Part shown: in pieces, positions 9,387-17,735 of the stretch
Layout: every line of letters begins with the position of its first letter
Numbering within the stretch: position 1 is the first letter of the stretch
Origin: a virus
Taxonomy: Duplodnaviria; Caudoviricetes
Strand: one strand, 5' to 3'
Virus record (IMG/VR): IMGVR_UViG_3300009678_000010
Location: 1 to 52,971 of that record
Length of the DNA: 52,971 bases
Notes under the pieces: generated by a model
What the model was told of the DNA's origin: nothing
Databases searched by the model: none
The model's input: the letters and a program-made list of their open reading frames with translations, nothing else
Position numbers and translations under genes: made by a program

Positions 9387-10248
9387 GACGGCACTCCGCG
9401 ACACGCTGCAGCCAGCCGCCTGGATTGCAGGTTACGAGATACTTTTCCGCGAGCAAGTCCTGGCGGAATTCGCCGGGATGCGCCTTGAGATAGTCCTCGA
9501 CGCCACCACGCGCGCCGCGCTCGTCGCCCCATCCGATATTGGTGTCTTCCACGACGATGTATTCCCCTGGCGCCACCATCGGCGCGTAGAGCTCCAGTTC
9601 CTTGCGCACGTGCTCGGCGCTGTGATCGGCATCGAGGGAAATCAGCAGCGGCCGTTCGACAATCTCCAGTAGTTCAGCAGCGAGCGCCGGGTCGGTCGAA
9701 TCGCCGCCGAGGAACGTGATGCGGTCATGGTCGCAGCGGCGATGGTCGTCGAGGTCGACCGTGAAGACGCGGCCGTCGTCGATGCCGAGCGCATCCATCA
9801 GGGTCGCGAACCAGAGCGCGGAGCCGCCGGCGTAGGTGCCCGTCTCGATGATCGTCTTCGGGCGGATGGTCGTCAGTAGTTCTTGGTAAATCCAGAGGTC
9901 GAGCGGATTCTTCATCAGCCCGACGCCGAGAAAGCTCGTCACCGACCACGTGTGCTCGCACTCATACCAGATGCGATGGAAGGCGTCCATCGTCGCGCCG
10001 TGCTCGGTCTGCGTCTTCCGGATGCGCGCGTGGAGCGCCTCGGGCGTAATCGTCTGAGGAGCCGCGACGATGGTCACAGGTTGCGGGCCGCGACGGCCGC
10101 AGCGCTTGCAGCATCGTTCAGGCAACCCTTCGCGGCCATCGCTACCAAGCCAAGCCTTGAGGCTATCGTCAAGTAGAAAGTCAGGTTGATGGCACACGCA
10201 CGTCGCATCGACGCAGTAGCCGGGAATAGCTGGCGCTGCGGTGCTCAT
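9379..10248 (-). CDS. CmcI/cephalosporin-hydroxylase-family (rhamnosyl O-methyltransferase-like) methyltransferase with Cys-rich N-terminus
   Basis: FLGVGLMKNPLDLWIYQELL..RPKTIIETGTYAGGSALWFA, LDADHSAEHV..EL..YAPMV..GEYIVVEDT, TCNPGGWL. Confidence 0.88.
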   Translation of the reverse strand: MSTAAPAIPGYCVDATCVCHQPDFLLDDSLKAWLGSDGREGLPERCCKRCGRRGPQPVTIVAAPQTITPEALHARIRKTQTEHGATMDAFHRIWYECEHTWSVTSFLGVGLMKNPLDLWIYQELLTTIRPKTIIETGTYAGGSALWFATLMDALGIDDGRVFTVDLDDHRRCDHDRITFLGGDSTDPALAAELLEIVERPLLISLDADHSAEHVRKELELYAPMVAPGEYIVVEDTNIGWGDERGARGGVEDYLKAHPGEFRQDLLAEKYLVTCNPGGWLQRVAECRHV

Positions 10249-10361
10249 CGGCGCGCTCGCAGCATGTCGAGGGCTTCGATCGTCCACATGTTCGAGAGCA
10301 CATTCATCGCCGCTATGAGAACCATCACAACGGCGAACAAGATCCATTGACGATTCGTCAT
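10245..10361 (-). CDS. 38-aa single-TM peptide (not in ORF track)
   Basis: MTNRQWILFAVVMVLIAAMNVLSNMWTIEALDMLRARR; ATGA overlaps on both sides. Confidence 0.6.
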   Translation of the reverse strand: MTNRQWILFAVVMVLIAAMNVLSNMWTIEALDMLRARR

Positions 10362-10864
10362 CGGCGCTTCCTGCCGTTCGTCGGCTGCGACTGCAGGATG
10401 GCGTTATAGCCAACGGTCCCATGCGTGCCCGGGACGCGCGTCGCTTGCAGCACATGCCACGGCTTCGGCAGCGCGCGGCCGACGTCGGCATGCAGTTCGT
10501 AGAACGGGAACCGCGGGTCGAGATGCGCGAATGTCTGCTCGATGACGCGCACGCGATGCGTCGGATCGGCAATCCAGCCCGCAGAGTCGTCACCGCCATA
10601 CGGCCCGCTGAAGTAGACGATGCCGCCTGGCCGCATCACGCGGTGCAGTTCATCGAACCACTGCCACACGCGCGTTGGCTCGACGTATTCGAGCACGTGC
10701 GTGCAGACGGCGGTATGCACCGAGCGCGACGGCAGCGGGAACGACGGCTGCCGCGGGTCCATCTTGAGCTCGGCACAGGTGACGCTGTTCGCTTGCGGCG
10801 TGCCGCCGAGCGACAGGTCGAGCAGGATGCCGGACTTCTTGCGCACGAGGCTCTTGCGATTCAT
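10358..10864 (-). CDS. class I SAM-dependent methyltransferase-like protein (Methyltransf_11-like, degenerate motif I)
   Basis: FPLPSRSVHTAVCTHVLEYV, ELHRVMRPGG, DPTH. Confidence 0.75.
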   Translation of the reverse strand: MNRKSLVRKKSGILLDLSLGGTPQANSVTCAELKMDPRQPSFPLPSRSVHTAVCTHVLEYVEPTRVWQWFDELHRVMRPGGIVYFSGPYGGDDSAGWIADPTHRVRVIEQTFAHLDPRFPFYELHADVGRALPKPWHVLQATRVPGTHGTVGYNAILQSQPTNGRKRR

Positions 10865-10971
10865 CGCGTCAACCGCGCCACAATCCACTGGGCAATCGCC
10901 CAGCCCAGCCCGGTGCACAAGCCGACGAGAAACCAGACGCCGGCACGATAGGCAGTCAGGGTATCAGGCAT
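10861..10971 (-). CDS. 36-aa single-TM peptide (not in ORF track)
   Basis: MPDTLTAYRAGVWFLVGLCTGLGWAIAQWIVARLTR; overlapping start and stop junctions. Confidence 0.6.
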   Translation of the reverse strand: MPDTLTAYRAGVWFLVGLCTGLGWAIAQWIVARLTR

Positions 10972-11225
10972 TATGAGGGCTTCTCTTTCGTTGCCGTCAG
11001 CGCCAGCGTGCCGTCTGGGCGATACATGCGCTCCACGTTGCCGTCGGCGCTCGTCTCAAAGCGATACCCGAGACGGCTCGCGAGTATTTTCATGGTCTGC
11101 AAATCGAACGAGAGCAGATCATCCTTGCGCGGTTCACTCATGTCGGCTTCTTTCCGCACTGCGGCTTCGATGCATTTTTCGCCGATCGTCTTGTCGCCAT
11201 CGAGCCAATTGAGCGGATCAATCAT
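10971..11225 (-). CDS. hypothetical protein
   Basis: ATG 11225 overlaps the upstream stop. Confidence 0.55.
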   Translation of the reverse strand: MIDPLNWLDGDKTIGEKCIEAAVRKEADMSEPRKDDLLSFDLQTMKILASRLGYRFETSADGNVERMYRPDGTLALTATKEKPS

Positions 11226-11464
11226 GCGGGCTTCTTTCCGCGCGCGGCCGCGGCGCGATACTGCAACTGCCGCGCGACATCCTCGGCCTGCTCCGGCGTC
11301 AGGAACAGTTGCGTGATCGGCTTGTTGAACGCCATCAGCACCGTCTTTGATGGCTCGTTGTGGCCGTAGAACACTTCGCACGGCTCGCGCACGTCCGCCG
11401 TCGGTGGCGGTTCGGCGATGGCGTCCGGGCGTGGCTTACGGAATGGTTTGATGTTGCGGCTCAT
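11222..11464 (-). CDS. hypothetical protein
   Basis: ATGA overlaps on both sides. Confidence 0.6.
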   Translation of the reverse strand: MSRNIKPFRKPRPDAIAEPPPTADVREPCEVFYGHNEPSKTVLMAFNKPITQLFLTPEQAEDVARQLQYRAAAARGKKPA

Positions 11465-12246
11465 GCTTCACCGACCAGCGCTTTGAGTCGCGCGTTCTCG
11501 GCCTTCAGTTGAACGTTCTCTGCCTTCAATGATTCAGCCTCTTCGCGACCGATGAATACTCGATTCTGACTTTGCTGCACGCGCGTGGCCCACCGGCAAT
11601 TCTCTTTGCTATACGGACCTGACGGGTTGATGCGATCCAACGATAAATCGCGCGATGGCCGCGGCCCGACGTCGGCGATGAAGTTCTTGAATTCCTTCCA
11701 CGACTCCTGATACCGAATCCCTCGACCACCGTAGTGACGATAGGCCGCGTTGTTCGGGTTGTCGCAGCGCTGCTTCATGGAGTTCCAAATCAGATATTCC
11801 GGCGATTTGGCTCCGCCATGCTTTCCGAACTTCTCCCGCGCCAAGCATCCACATGATCGCGTTCGTCCCGTGAGCAACGCCGAGCGCTGCACTCGCTTCT
11901 CAACGCCGCACTCGCATCGCACGTTCCAGTAACTGTTCCCGCCGATCGTTTCGGACGCATCGGCGCGACTGACCACCGTCAACCGCCCGAATTGTTGTCC
12001 GCTCATGTCGAGCGCCACTCGTCCGCGCCGACTCCGCCGCGTGCCTCTGCACGTGTCGCACGACGTCCACTCTCCCGACGCGAGTTGCTCAATGCGAAGC
12101 GTGATCTCTCGGCCGCACGCGCACTGACAAACAACGCGCCGACGCTTCCCTCTGCCGCCGGTGGTTCCGTCTACAGTGACGGGTGCATCCCGAAGGATGG
12201 TGAGTGATCCGAACTGTCCAGTAACGTCCAATCGATGGTTTGCCAT
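11461..12246 (-). CDS. HNH homing-endonuclease-like protein with duplicated N-terminal DxTGQxFGRLTV/CxCxCG module
   Basis: EYLIWNSMKQRC, YGGRGI, LSLDRINPSGPYSKENCRWAT. Confidence 0.85.
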   Translation of the reverse strand: MANHRLDVTGQFGSLTILRDAPVTVDGTTGGRGKRRRVVCQCACGREITLRIEQLASGEWTSCDTCRGTRRSRRGRVALDMSGQQFGRLTVVSRADASETIGGNSYWNVRCECGVEKRVQRSALLTGRTRSCGCLAREKFGKHGGAKSPEYLIWNSMKQRCDNPNNAAYRHYGGRGIRYQESWKEFKNFIADVGPRPSRDLSLDRINPSGPYSKENCRWATRVQQSQNRVFIGREEAESLKAENVQLKAENARLKALVGEA

Positions 12247-12253
12247 ACCACCG

Positions 12254-12270
12254 ATTGTAACACAGTTACA
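12254..12270 (-). promoter_or_regulatory. TG-extended -10 box (TACAAT) 7 nt before the HNH ATG, overlapping the palindrome TGTAAC-N3-GTTACA
   Basis: Minus strand reads TGTAACTGTGTTACAATcggtggtATG. Confidence 0.5.
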
Positions 12271-12900
12271 CTAAGCCGTGCTGAAAAGCCAGTTGTATGT
12301 AACGTTTAAAGCCTGAGTCGTCCCTTTTGTGCTTGATGCAAATGTAGCCAGGCTCAGCGCCGTCCCCGTCCCTGCGCTCGCGTTGACGAACTGCCCGATG
12401 CAGTTGAGCGCGACCGCGTGGCTGATGTGCGAGCTCGCGTATTGGAACGACTGCGACAGGCTCCACGTGCCGGAGAGCGCCTGGATGCCGCTCGAGACCG
12501 CGATGCGGCTGCCGGTCGTCTGCGTCGAGGACACGCCGTATTCGGAGTGCATCGAGACGATGGTCGAGAAGTTCGACGAGGCGGCTTCGGTGAAGTTGCC
12601 GATGCCCCAATAGCGGGCCCAGCCGACATCGGAGGTCTGCACGGCGACCGCGCTCGAGTGCGAGCTCTGGATGCCGACGAAGTTGCGGACGATCATCTGG
12701 TGGCCGGCCTGCGTGACGATGTTCTCGTGCCAGTCGCCGGCCTGCTCTTCGCCGGTCAGGCAATCGACCAGGGATGCGCGGATGAAGCCGCGAATCAGCG
12801 AGCGTTCGGACTTGGGCCGCCGGATGTTTCCGGAGTTTTTGCGGCGGACCTCGACGATGCTTCCATCGTGGAGATGGACGCGATCACCTTTCTTGAACAT
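12271..12900 (-). CDS. putative virion structural protein (tail-fibre/baseplate attachment-like)
   Basis: ENIVTQAG...YWGIG...SE...KGTTQALNVTYNWLF pattern; Ser/Thr-rich; AGGAG RBS. Confidence 0.65.
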   Translation of the reverse strand: MFKKGDRVHLHDGSIVEVRRKNSGNIRRPKSERSLIRGFIRASLVDCLTGEEQAGDWHENIVTQAGHQMIVRNFVGIQSSHSSAVAVQTSDVGWARYWGIGNFTEAASSNFSTIVSMHSEYGVSSTQTTGSRIAVSSGIQALSGTWSLSQSFQYASSHISHAVALNCIGQFVNASAGTGTALSLATFASSTKGTTQALNVTYNWLFSTA

Positions 12901-12950
12901 GGCGGCTCCTATCGAGTGGCTGTGGACGCGAAACCGATTCGCTGCACTCT

Positions 12951-12999
12951 ACAAGCGTTTGCGGGCAAGCACAAGCGTTTCATAGTGACTCTAAAGCGT
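12951..12999. repeat. direct repeats ACAAGCGTTT x2 plus a partial third AAGCGT at 20-21 bp period, in a divergent intergenic region
   Basis: Copies at 12951-12960, 12971-12980 and 12994-12999. Confidence 0.6.
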
Positions 13000-13045
13000 G
13001 CATCGTTTATACTGCCCTTAATAATGTGTTCATGGAGGCGCAGCG

Positions 13046-13273
13046 ATGAAGCCTGAGAACGTGAAATGCCCGGACTGCGACGGGCCTATGGTCAGCCGCA
13101 AGAGCCAGCACGGTGTGTTCTGGGGCTGCAAGTCGTTCCCGCAGTGTAAAGGCACGCGAAACGTCGATGGTGACCCGCGCCGCAAATCGTCGTTCGATGC
13201 TGACCGCGAGCGTCCTGACTTCGACGTGATGCCTTCCCAGCGTCAACGCGGCAACGACCGGAGGCGATGGTGA
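13046..13273 (+). CDS. topoisomerase-type C4 zinc-ribbon protein
   Basis: CPDCDGPMVSRKSQHGVFWGCKSFPQCKGTRN; GGAGG RBS. Confidence 0.85.
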   Translation: MKPENVKCPDCDGPMVSRKSQHGVFWGCKSFPQCKGTRNVDGDPRRKSSFDADRERPDFDVMPSQRQRGNDRRRW

Positions 13274-13515
13274 ATAGAACCCTGATGGAGCAACTCGTTG
13301 ACGCCATCGCTGGAGTCGAGGAGATCCCTTGTTGCGACTGTGGGCAAGACTACAGCGCGCACAAATATTGGGAAGATCGCATTTACGACGTCAACGGGCG
13401 AAGTTGCCCGAACAGCGTGACAGGCTCCGAGTATCGATACAGCCATATTCAGACGGCGCGGTGTTTAAGAGCACGCCGAATAGAGGCGGGAATCGCTTCA
13501 ATTGAACAGGGTTAA
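13267..13515 (+). CDS. hypothetical Cys-containing protein
   Basis: Overlaps the upstream gene; CCDC motif. Confidence 0.55.
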   Translation: MVNRTLMEQLVDAIAGVEEIPCCDCGQDYSAHKYWEDRIYDVNGRSCPNSVTGSEYRYSHIQTARCLRARRIEAGIASIEQG

Positions 13516-13518
13516 ACC

Positions 13519-13752
13519 ATGAGCCGCCGCCACCGACTGCGCGCCATCGACACGCCCATCATCGACCTCCGGAGCCATCAAGGCCCCTACATCACTGCCG
13601 CGGTTCTGGCCGAATGGCTCGACGTGAACTCGCACACCGTCCGGCGCCTGATTCAGCGTGGCAAGCTGTCCGGATTCAAGGCGGGCCGCGAGTGGCGGAT
13701 CCCGACGGCCGACGCGCAGCGCTTCTGCCAGTTGTCGAAGGATGTGAAGTAA
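13519..13752 (+). CDS. excisionase-like (HTH_17) DNA-binding protein
   Basis: YITAAVLAEWLDVNSHTVRRLIQRGKLSGFKAGREWRIP. Confidence 0.85.
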   Translation: MSRRHRLRAIDTPIIDLRSHQGPYITAAVLAEWLDVNSHTVRRLIQRGKLSGFKAGREWRIPTADAQRFCQLSKDVK

Positions 13753-13955
13753 TGCTGAAAAAGGAAGAGCAGGGCTGGGCCATCGTTGACGCAAAAAGCG
13801 GCGACTTGATGCTATTCGATGGACGTATGCCGATCTACTGGCTCCGCAGAGTGGCTGTAATGGTTGCGAAGGAGCACGGTTTCACGGCGGACGGCAGCGA
13901 CCGAGACGCTCGAATCTGCAAGGTGTCGATTCGTCAGTCGAAGACCACGAAGTAG
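13752..13955 (+). CDS. hypothetical protein
   Basis: TAATG overlap with the upstream gene. Confidence 0.55.
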   Translation: MLKKEEQGWAIVDAKSGDLMLFDGRMPIYWLRRVAVMVAKEHGFTADGSDRDARICKVSIRQSKTTK

Positions 13956-13959
13956 CTGA

Positions 13960-14011
13960 TTTCCGTCATACATCAATCGTTGCGCTAGCGGTTCCGTGTA
14001 GGCTGAGCCGC
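13960..14011 (+). promoter_or_regulatory. putative late promoter, copy 1 (box TTTCCGTCATACATCAATC-N16-CGTGTAGGCTGAGCCGC)
   Basis: Same two boxes with identical spacing at 24060-24111; -10-like TAGGCT 7 nt before the GTG start, no SD. Confidence 0.7.
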
Positions 14012-15979
14012 GTGGATCGCGCCTACTCCACCTTCGAAATCAAATCCGTCGATGACGATCAGCGCCTGATCGAAGGCATCGCGTCGTCGCCGGCGACCGA
14101 CCGCAAAGGCGACATCCTCGACCCGAAAGGCGCCATCTTCTCGCTGCCGATTCCGCTCCTCTGGCAGCACCGCGCCGATCAGCCGATCGGCCACGTCACC
14201 GCCGCGAAGGTCACCAAAGACGGCATCGCCATCACGGCCAAGATCGCCAAGGGCATCGCCGAAATCGACCGCGCCTGGTCGCTCATCAAAGAGGGCCTTG
14301 TGCGCGGCCTGTCGGTCGGCTTCCGCCCGACGAAGGATCCGGAACTCATCAAAGGCACCTGGGGCTTGCACTTCACCGATTGGGAGTGGCTTGAGCTCAG
14401 CGCCGTGACGATTCCGGCCAATGCCGACGCGACGATTACCACGATCAAATCCTACGATCGCGATGCCCCTGCCGCGACAGGCGGGAGCGCGCCTCGTGTC
14501 ATTACACCGCCGACTGTTGTCAGCCGATCGAAACAGGACACGACCATGCCTCCGACTTCCGAGATGTTGACAGCCGTCAGCAACGACCTGACCGCGAAGA
14601 CCGCACGCCTCGAAGAACTCACCGCGCTCGAGAACACCGACGGCTCGCTCGACGATGCCCAGACCACCGAGCGCGATGGATTGCTCACCTCGGTGAAGTC
14701 GCTGACGAACAGGGTCTCATCGCTCCAGACCATCGAGGCCGCGCGCGCGTTGCAGACCAAGGGCGTCACGCTGCCGTCACGCGCGAATCCGGACGGCCTG
14801 CCAGCGCATCAGGTCGGCAATCCGAAGCCCGTAGAACTGCCGCCCGGCATCGAGTTCTCGCGTTACGTCATCTGCCGCATGGCCGGAATCCTCACCGGCA
14901 TGTCGCCGCTCGACATCGCCCGCCGGCGCTATCCCGACCAGCCGCGCATCCAGATGCTGATCAAGGAAGCGGTCGGCGCCGGCAGCACGATGGACGGCGG
15001 CGCCAGCGGGCCGGGCTTTGCCGAGCCGCTCGTCTACGCGACGAACCTGGTGAGCGAATTCGTCGACTTCCTGCGCCCGATGACCATCGTCGGGAAACTG
15101 CAGGGCATGACGCGCGTGCCGTTCAACGTCCGCATCACCGGCCAGTCGACCGGCGGGACGGGTTACTGGGTCGGAGAAGGCCGCGCGAAGCCGCTGACCA
15201 TGTTCAACGTGACGGCCTCAACGCTGACCTGGGCGAAGGTGGCGGCCATCTCGGTCATCACCGACGAACTGGCGCGCTTCTCGTCGCCCTCGGCCGAGAT
15301 GCTCGTCCGCAACGAACTGGCGAAGGCGTTGACCGCACGCATGGATCTGGACTTCATCGATCCGTCGAAGGCCGCCGTCGCGAACGTGTCGCCGGCGTCG
15401 ATCACCAACGGCCTGACGCCGCTGTCGTCGAGCGGCACCGACCTCGCGACGGTCGATCTGGACGTGGCGAAGTTCTTCAACCAGTTCATCACGACCAACG
15501 TCAATCCGACGACGGCCGCGTGGATCATGCCGAACACGCTGGCGCTGTCGCTGTCGCTGATGCGCATCGCGGCCAGTGGCGTCAAGGCGTTTCCGGACAT
15601 CACGATGAACGGCGGCACGTTCCAGGGCCTGCCGGTCATCACGTCGCAGTATGCGAGTGGGCAGTATCTGGGCTCGCCCTACAACAACATCGTGATTCTC
15701 GTCAACGCCGAGGACATCTTCCTGGCGGATGACGGCGGCTTCACGGTGGACATCTCGCGCGAGGCGTCGCTCGAAATGGACGACGCGCCGGTGATGCGGG
15801 CGGGCGTCGAAGGCACGCCGGTGTCGCCGACCTCGGCGGGCGTGGTCTCGATGTTCCAGACGAACTCGATGGCCATCCGCTGCGAGCGCTACATCAACTG
15901 GGCGCGCCGGCGCGCGTCGGGCGTCGGTGTCGCGTTGATGGATGACGTGAACTGGGGCGCCATCGTCGACAATCCGTAG
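14012..15979 (+). CDS. fused HK97-type prohead protease and major capsid protein
   Basis: LLWQH..PIG, GLSVGF and ELSAVTIPAN protease motifs; capsid motifs WVGEG.AKP, KVAAISVITDEL, SMFQTNSMAIRCER. Confidence 0.95.
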   Translation: MDRAYSTFEIKSVDDDQRLIEGIASSPATDRKGDILDPKGAIFSLPIPLLWQHRADQPIGHVTAAKVTKDGIAITAKIAKGIAEIDRAWSLIKEGLVRGLSVGFRPTKDPELIKGTWGLHFTDWEWLELSAVTIPANADATITTIKSYDRDAPAATGGSAPRVITPPTVVSRSKQDTTMPPTSEMLTAVSNDLTAKTARLEELTALENTDGSLDDAQTTERDGLLTSVKSLTNRVSSLQTIEAARALQTKGVTLPSRANPDGLPAHQVGNPKPVELPPGIEFSRYVICRMAGILTGMSPLDIARRRYPDQPRIQMLIKEAVGAGSTMDGGASGPGFAEPLVYATNLVSEFVDFLRPMTIVGKLQGMTRVPFNVRITGQSTGGTGYWVGEGRAKPLTMFNVTASTLTWAKVAAISVITDELARFSSPSAEMLVRNELAKALTARMDLDFIDPSKAAVANVSPASITNGLTPLSSSGTDLATVDLDVAKFFNQFITTNVNPTTAAWIMPNTLALSLSLMRIAASGVKAFPDITMNGGTFQGLPVITSQYASGQYLGSPYNNIVILVNAEDIFLADDGGFTVDISREASLEMDDAPVMRAGVEGTPVSPTSAGVVSMFQTNSMAIRCERYINWARRRASGVGVALMDDVNWGAIVDNP

Positions 15980-15986
15980 TTTCGTT

Positions 15987-16021
15987 GGGGCGGTTGTCTG
16001 GGAGGCAGCCGCCCCTTTTTT
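15987..16021 (+). terminator. Rho-independent terminator after the capsid gene
   Basis: GGGGCGGTTGTCT/AGGCAGCCGCCCC stem followed by T6. Confidence 0.85.
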
Positions 16022-16225
16022 ATGGCACAGCAACCTCTGACATCTCGCCTCACGTGCCGCAGTTGTGGCGCTCCTGAACGTCATGGCGTCGTGCTGGTCA
16101 GTCACGGCTACGAGTGGCTGTGCGCGCGCTGTTTCCACATGCTTGAACAAGCTGAAAGCTTGGCCACGATGTGGGCCCCTCGACACGATCGCTATCTGCG
16201 CCGCGACCTCAGAGCGACCGAATGA
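16022..16225 (+). CDS. small CxxC-containing hypothetical protein
   Basis: CRSC...CARC; stop overlaps the portal ATG. Confidence 0.5.
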   Translation: MAQQPLTSRLTCRSCGAPERHGVVLVSHGYEWLCARCFHMLEQAESLATMWAPRHDRYLRRDLRATE

Positions 16226-17616
16226 AGCTCGGCCCTCTGGAAATTTCGTGGGGCCGCAAGCAAGCGAACCTGCATCAGCCAGAGAGCCGCGGCGGCTGGT
16301 GGCCGCTTATTCGCGACACGACGACCGGTGCCTGGCAGACCGAGTCCCGCACACTCTCCAGCGAGTTCTCGACCATCGCCACGCAGAGCACGGTCTTTGC
16401 CTGCCTGAGTCTCATCTCAAGCGACGTCGCGAAGATGCGCCTGCGGCTCGTCAAGGAGTCGCCAGCGGGCATCTGGACCGAAGAGGACAATGCGGCGTTC
16501 AGTCCGGTCCTGCGCAAGCCGAATCACTACCAGACGCGCATCAAGTTCATCGAGCAGTGGATTCTCTCGAAGCTCTCGATGGGGAATACCTACGTGCTCA
16601 AGGAGCGCGACGAGCGGCGCGTGGTCGTCGCGATGTATGTGCTCGATCCGCAGCGCGTGCGCCCGCTGATTGCGCCCGATGGCAGCGTGTTCTATGAACT
16701 CAAGAAGGACGAGCTCGCGCAACTGCCACAGGACAACGTCATCGTGCCGGCGCGGGAAATCATCCACGACATCGCCGTGCCGCTCTATCATCCGCTCGTC
16801 GGCATCGCGCCGCTCGCGGCCTGTGCACTCGCGGCGATTCAAGGCCAGAAGATTCAGACCAACTCGGCGAACCTGTTCGCGAACGGAGCTCGGCCGAGCG
16901 GGATCCTCACGGCGCCCGGAGCGATTGGCAATGATCAGGCCAGGGATCTCAAAGAGCGTTGGGATTCGTCTTTTACCGGCGCGAATGTTGGCAAGGTCGC
17001 CGTGCTGGGCGACGGCTTGAAATTCGAACAGATGGTGATGACGGCGGTCGACGCGCAACTGATCGAGCAGTTGCGCTGGACGTCTGAGACAATCTGCTCG
17101 GCGTTTCACGTGCCGCCCTACATGGTCGGTGTCGGGCCGCCGCCGAACTACAACAACATTCAGGCGCTCAGCGTGCAGTATTACACGCAGTGCATCCAGG
17201 CGCATGTCGAGTCGCTCGAGCTCGTGCTCGACGAAGGGCTCGGCCTCGCGCCTGATAAAGTCGGCGATCCGCCAGTGCGACTCGGGACGGAATTCGATAC
17301 GAATGACTTGTTGCGCATGGATACGCCGACGCTCATCGCATCGGAAGACACCGCCAAGCACCTGAAGACGCCGAACGAATCGCGCCGCGTGCTAAACCTG
17401 CCGCCTGTCGCTGGTGGCGATGACGTGTATCGTCAGCAGCAGGATTACAGCTTGAGTGCGCTGGCGAAGCGTGACGCCGCGCCGCCCAGCACGACGCCGC
17501 AGCCTGTCGCACCGATGGAGCCTGAGCCTGAGATGATGGACGACGAAGAAGAGGAAGCGACCGAACGCGACTTCGCGGCGTTCACGAAGGGACTCAGCGA
17601 GATGGTCGAAGCATGA
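16222..17616 (+). CDS. HK97-family portal protein
   Basis: VFACLSLISSDVAK, KPNHYQT, GNTYV, FANGARPSGIL, ICSAFHVPPYMVG, TPNESR..LNLPPVAGGD. Confidence 0.96.
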   Translation: MKLGPLEISWGRKQANLHQPESRGGWWPLIRDTTTGAWQTESRTLSSEFSTIATQSTVFACLSLISSDVAKMRLRLVKESPAGIWTEEDNAAFSPVLRKPNHYQTRIKFIEQWILSKLSMGNTYVLKERDERRVVVAMYVLDPQRVRPLIAPDGSVFYELKKDELAQLPQDNVIVPAREIIHDIAVPLYHPLVGIAPLAACALAAIQGQKIQTNSANLFANGARPSGILTAPGAIGNDQARDLKERWDSSFTGANVGKVAVLGDGLKFEQMVMTAVDAQLIEQLRWTSETICSAFHVPPYMVGVGPPPNYNNIQALSVQYYTQCIQAHVESLELVLDEGLGLAPDKVGDPPVRLGTEFDTNDLLRMDTPTLIASEDTAKHLKTPNESRRVLNLPPVAGGDDVYRQQQDYSLSALAKRDAAPPSTTPQPVAPMEPEPEMMDDEEEEATERDFAAFTKGLSEMVEA

Positions 17617-17735
17617 CTCGGCTCTTGGCGTGGTTGCACGACCTCGCGGACTTCCTCGGTCTCACCGGTGGTGACGATTGGAATCGTGAGCCAGTGCCAC
17701 GTCCGCAGCGCCGTCGCGCCGGATTCAAGCCATGA
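17613..17735 (+). CDS. 40-aa hypothetical peptide (not in ORF track)
   Basis: MTRLLAWLHDLADFLGLTGGDDWNREPVPRPQRRRAGFKP; ATGA overlaps with portal and collagen-like genes. Confidence 0.55.
   Translation: MTRLLAWLHDLADFLGLTGGDDWNREPVPRPQRRRAGFKP

Noticed and set aside
9379-10599. ORF-track long starts (406-aa CmcI; also 703-aa 45887-47998, 407-aa 21652-22875 and 261-aa 41724-42509)
   Set aside because: The extensions overlap neighbouring real genes; downstream starts with overlap coupling or an SD fit better
13519-13752. Excisionase as evidence of an integration module
   Set aside because: No integrase or att-like site found; HTH_17 proteins are often regulators
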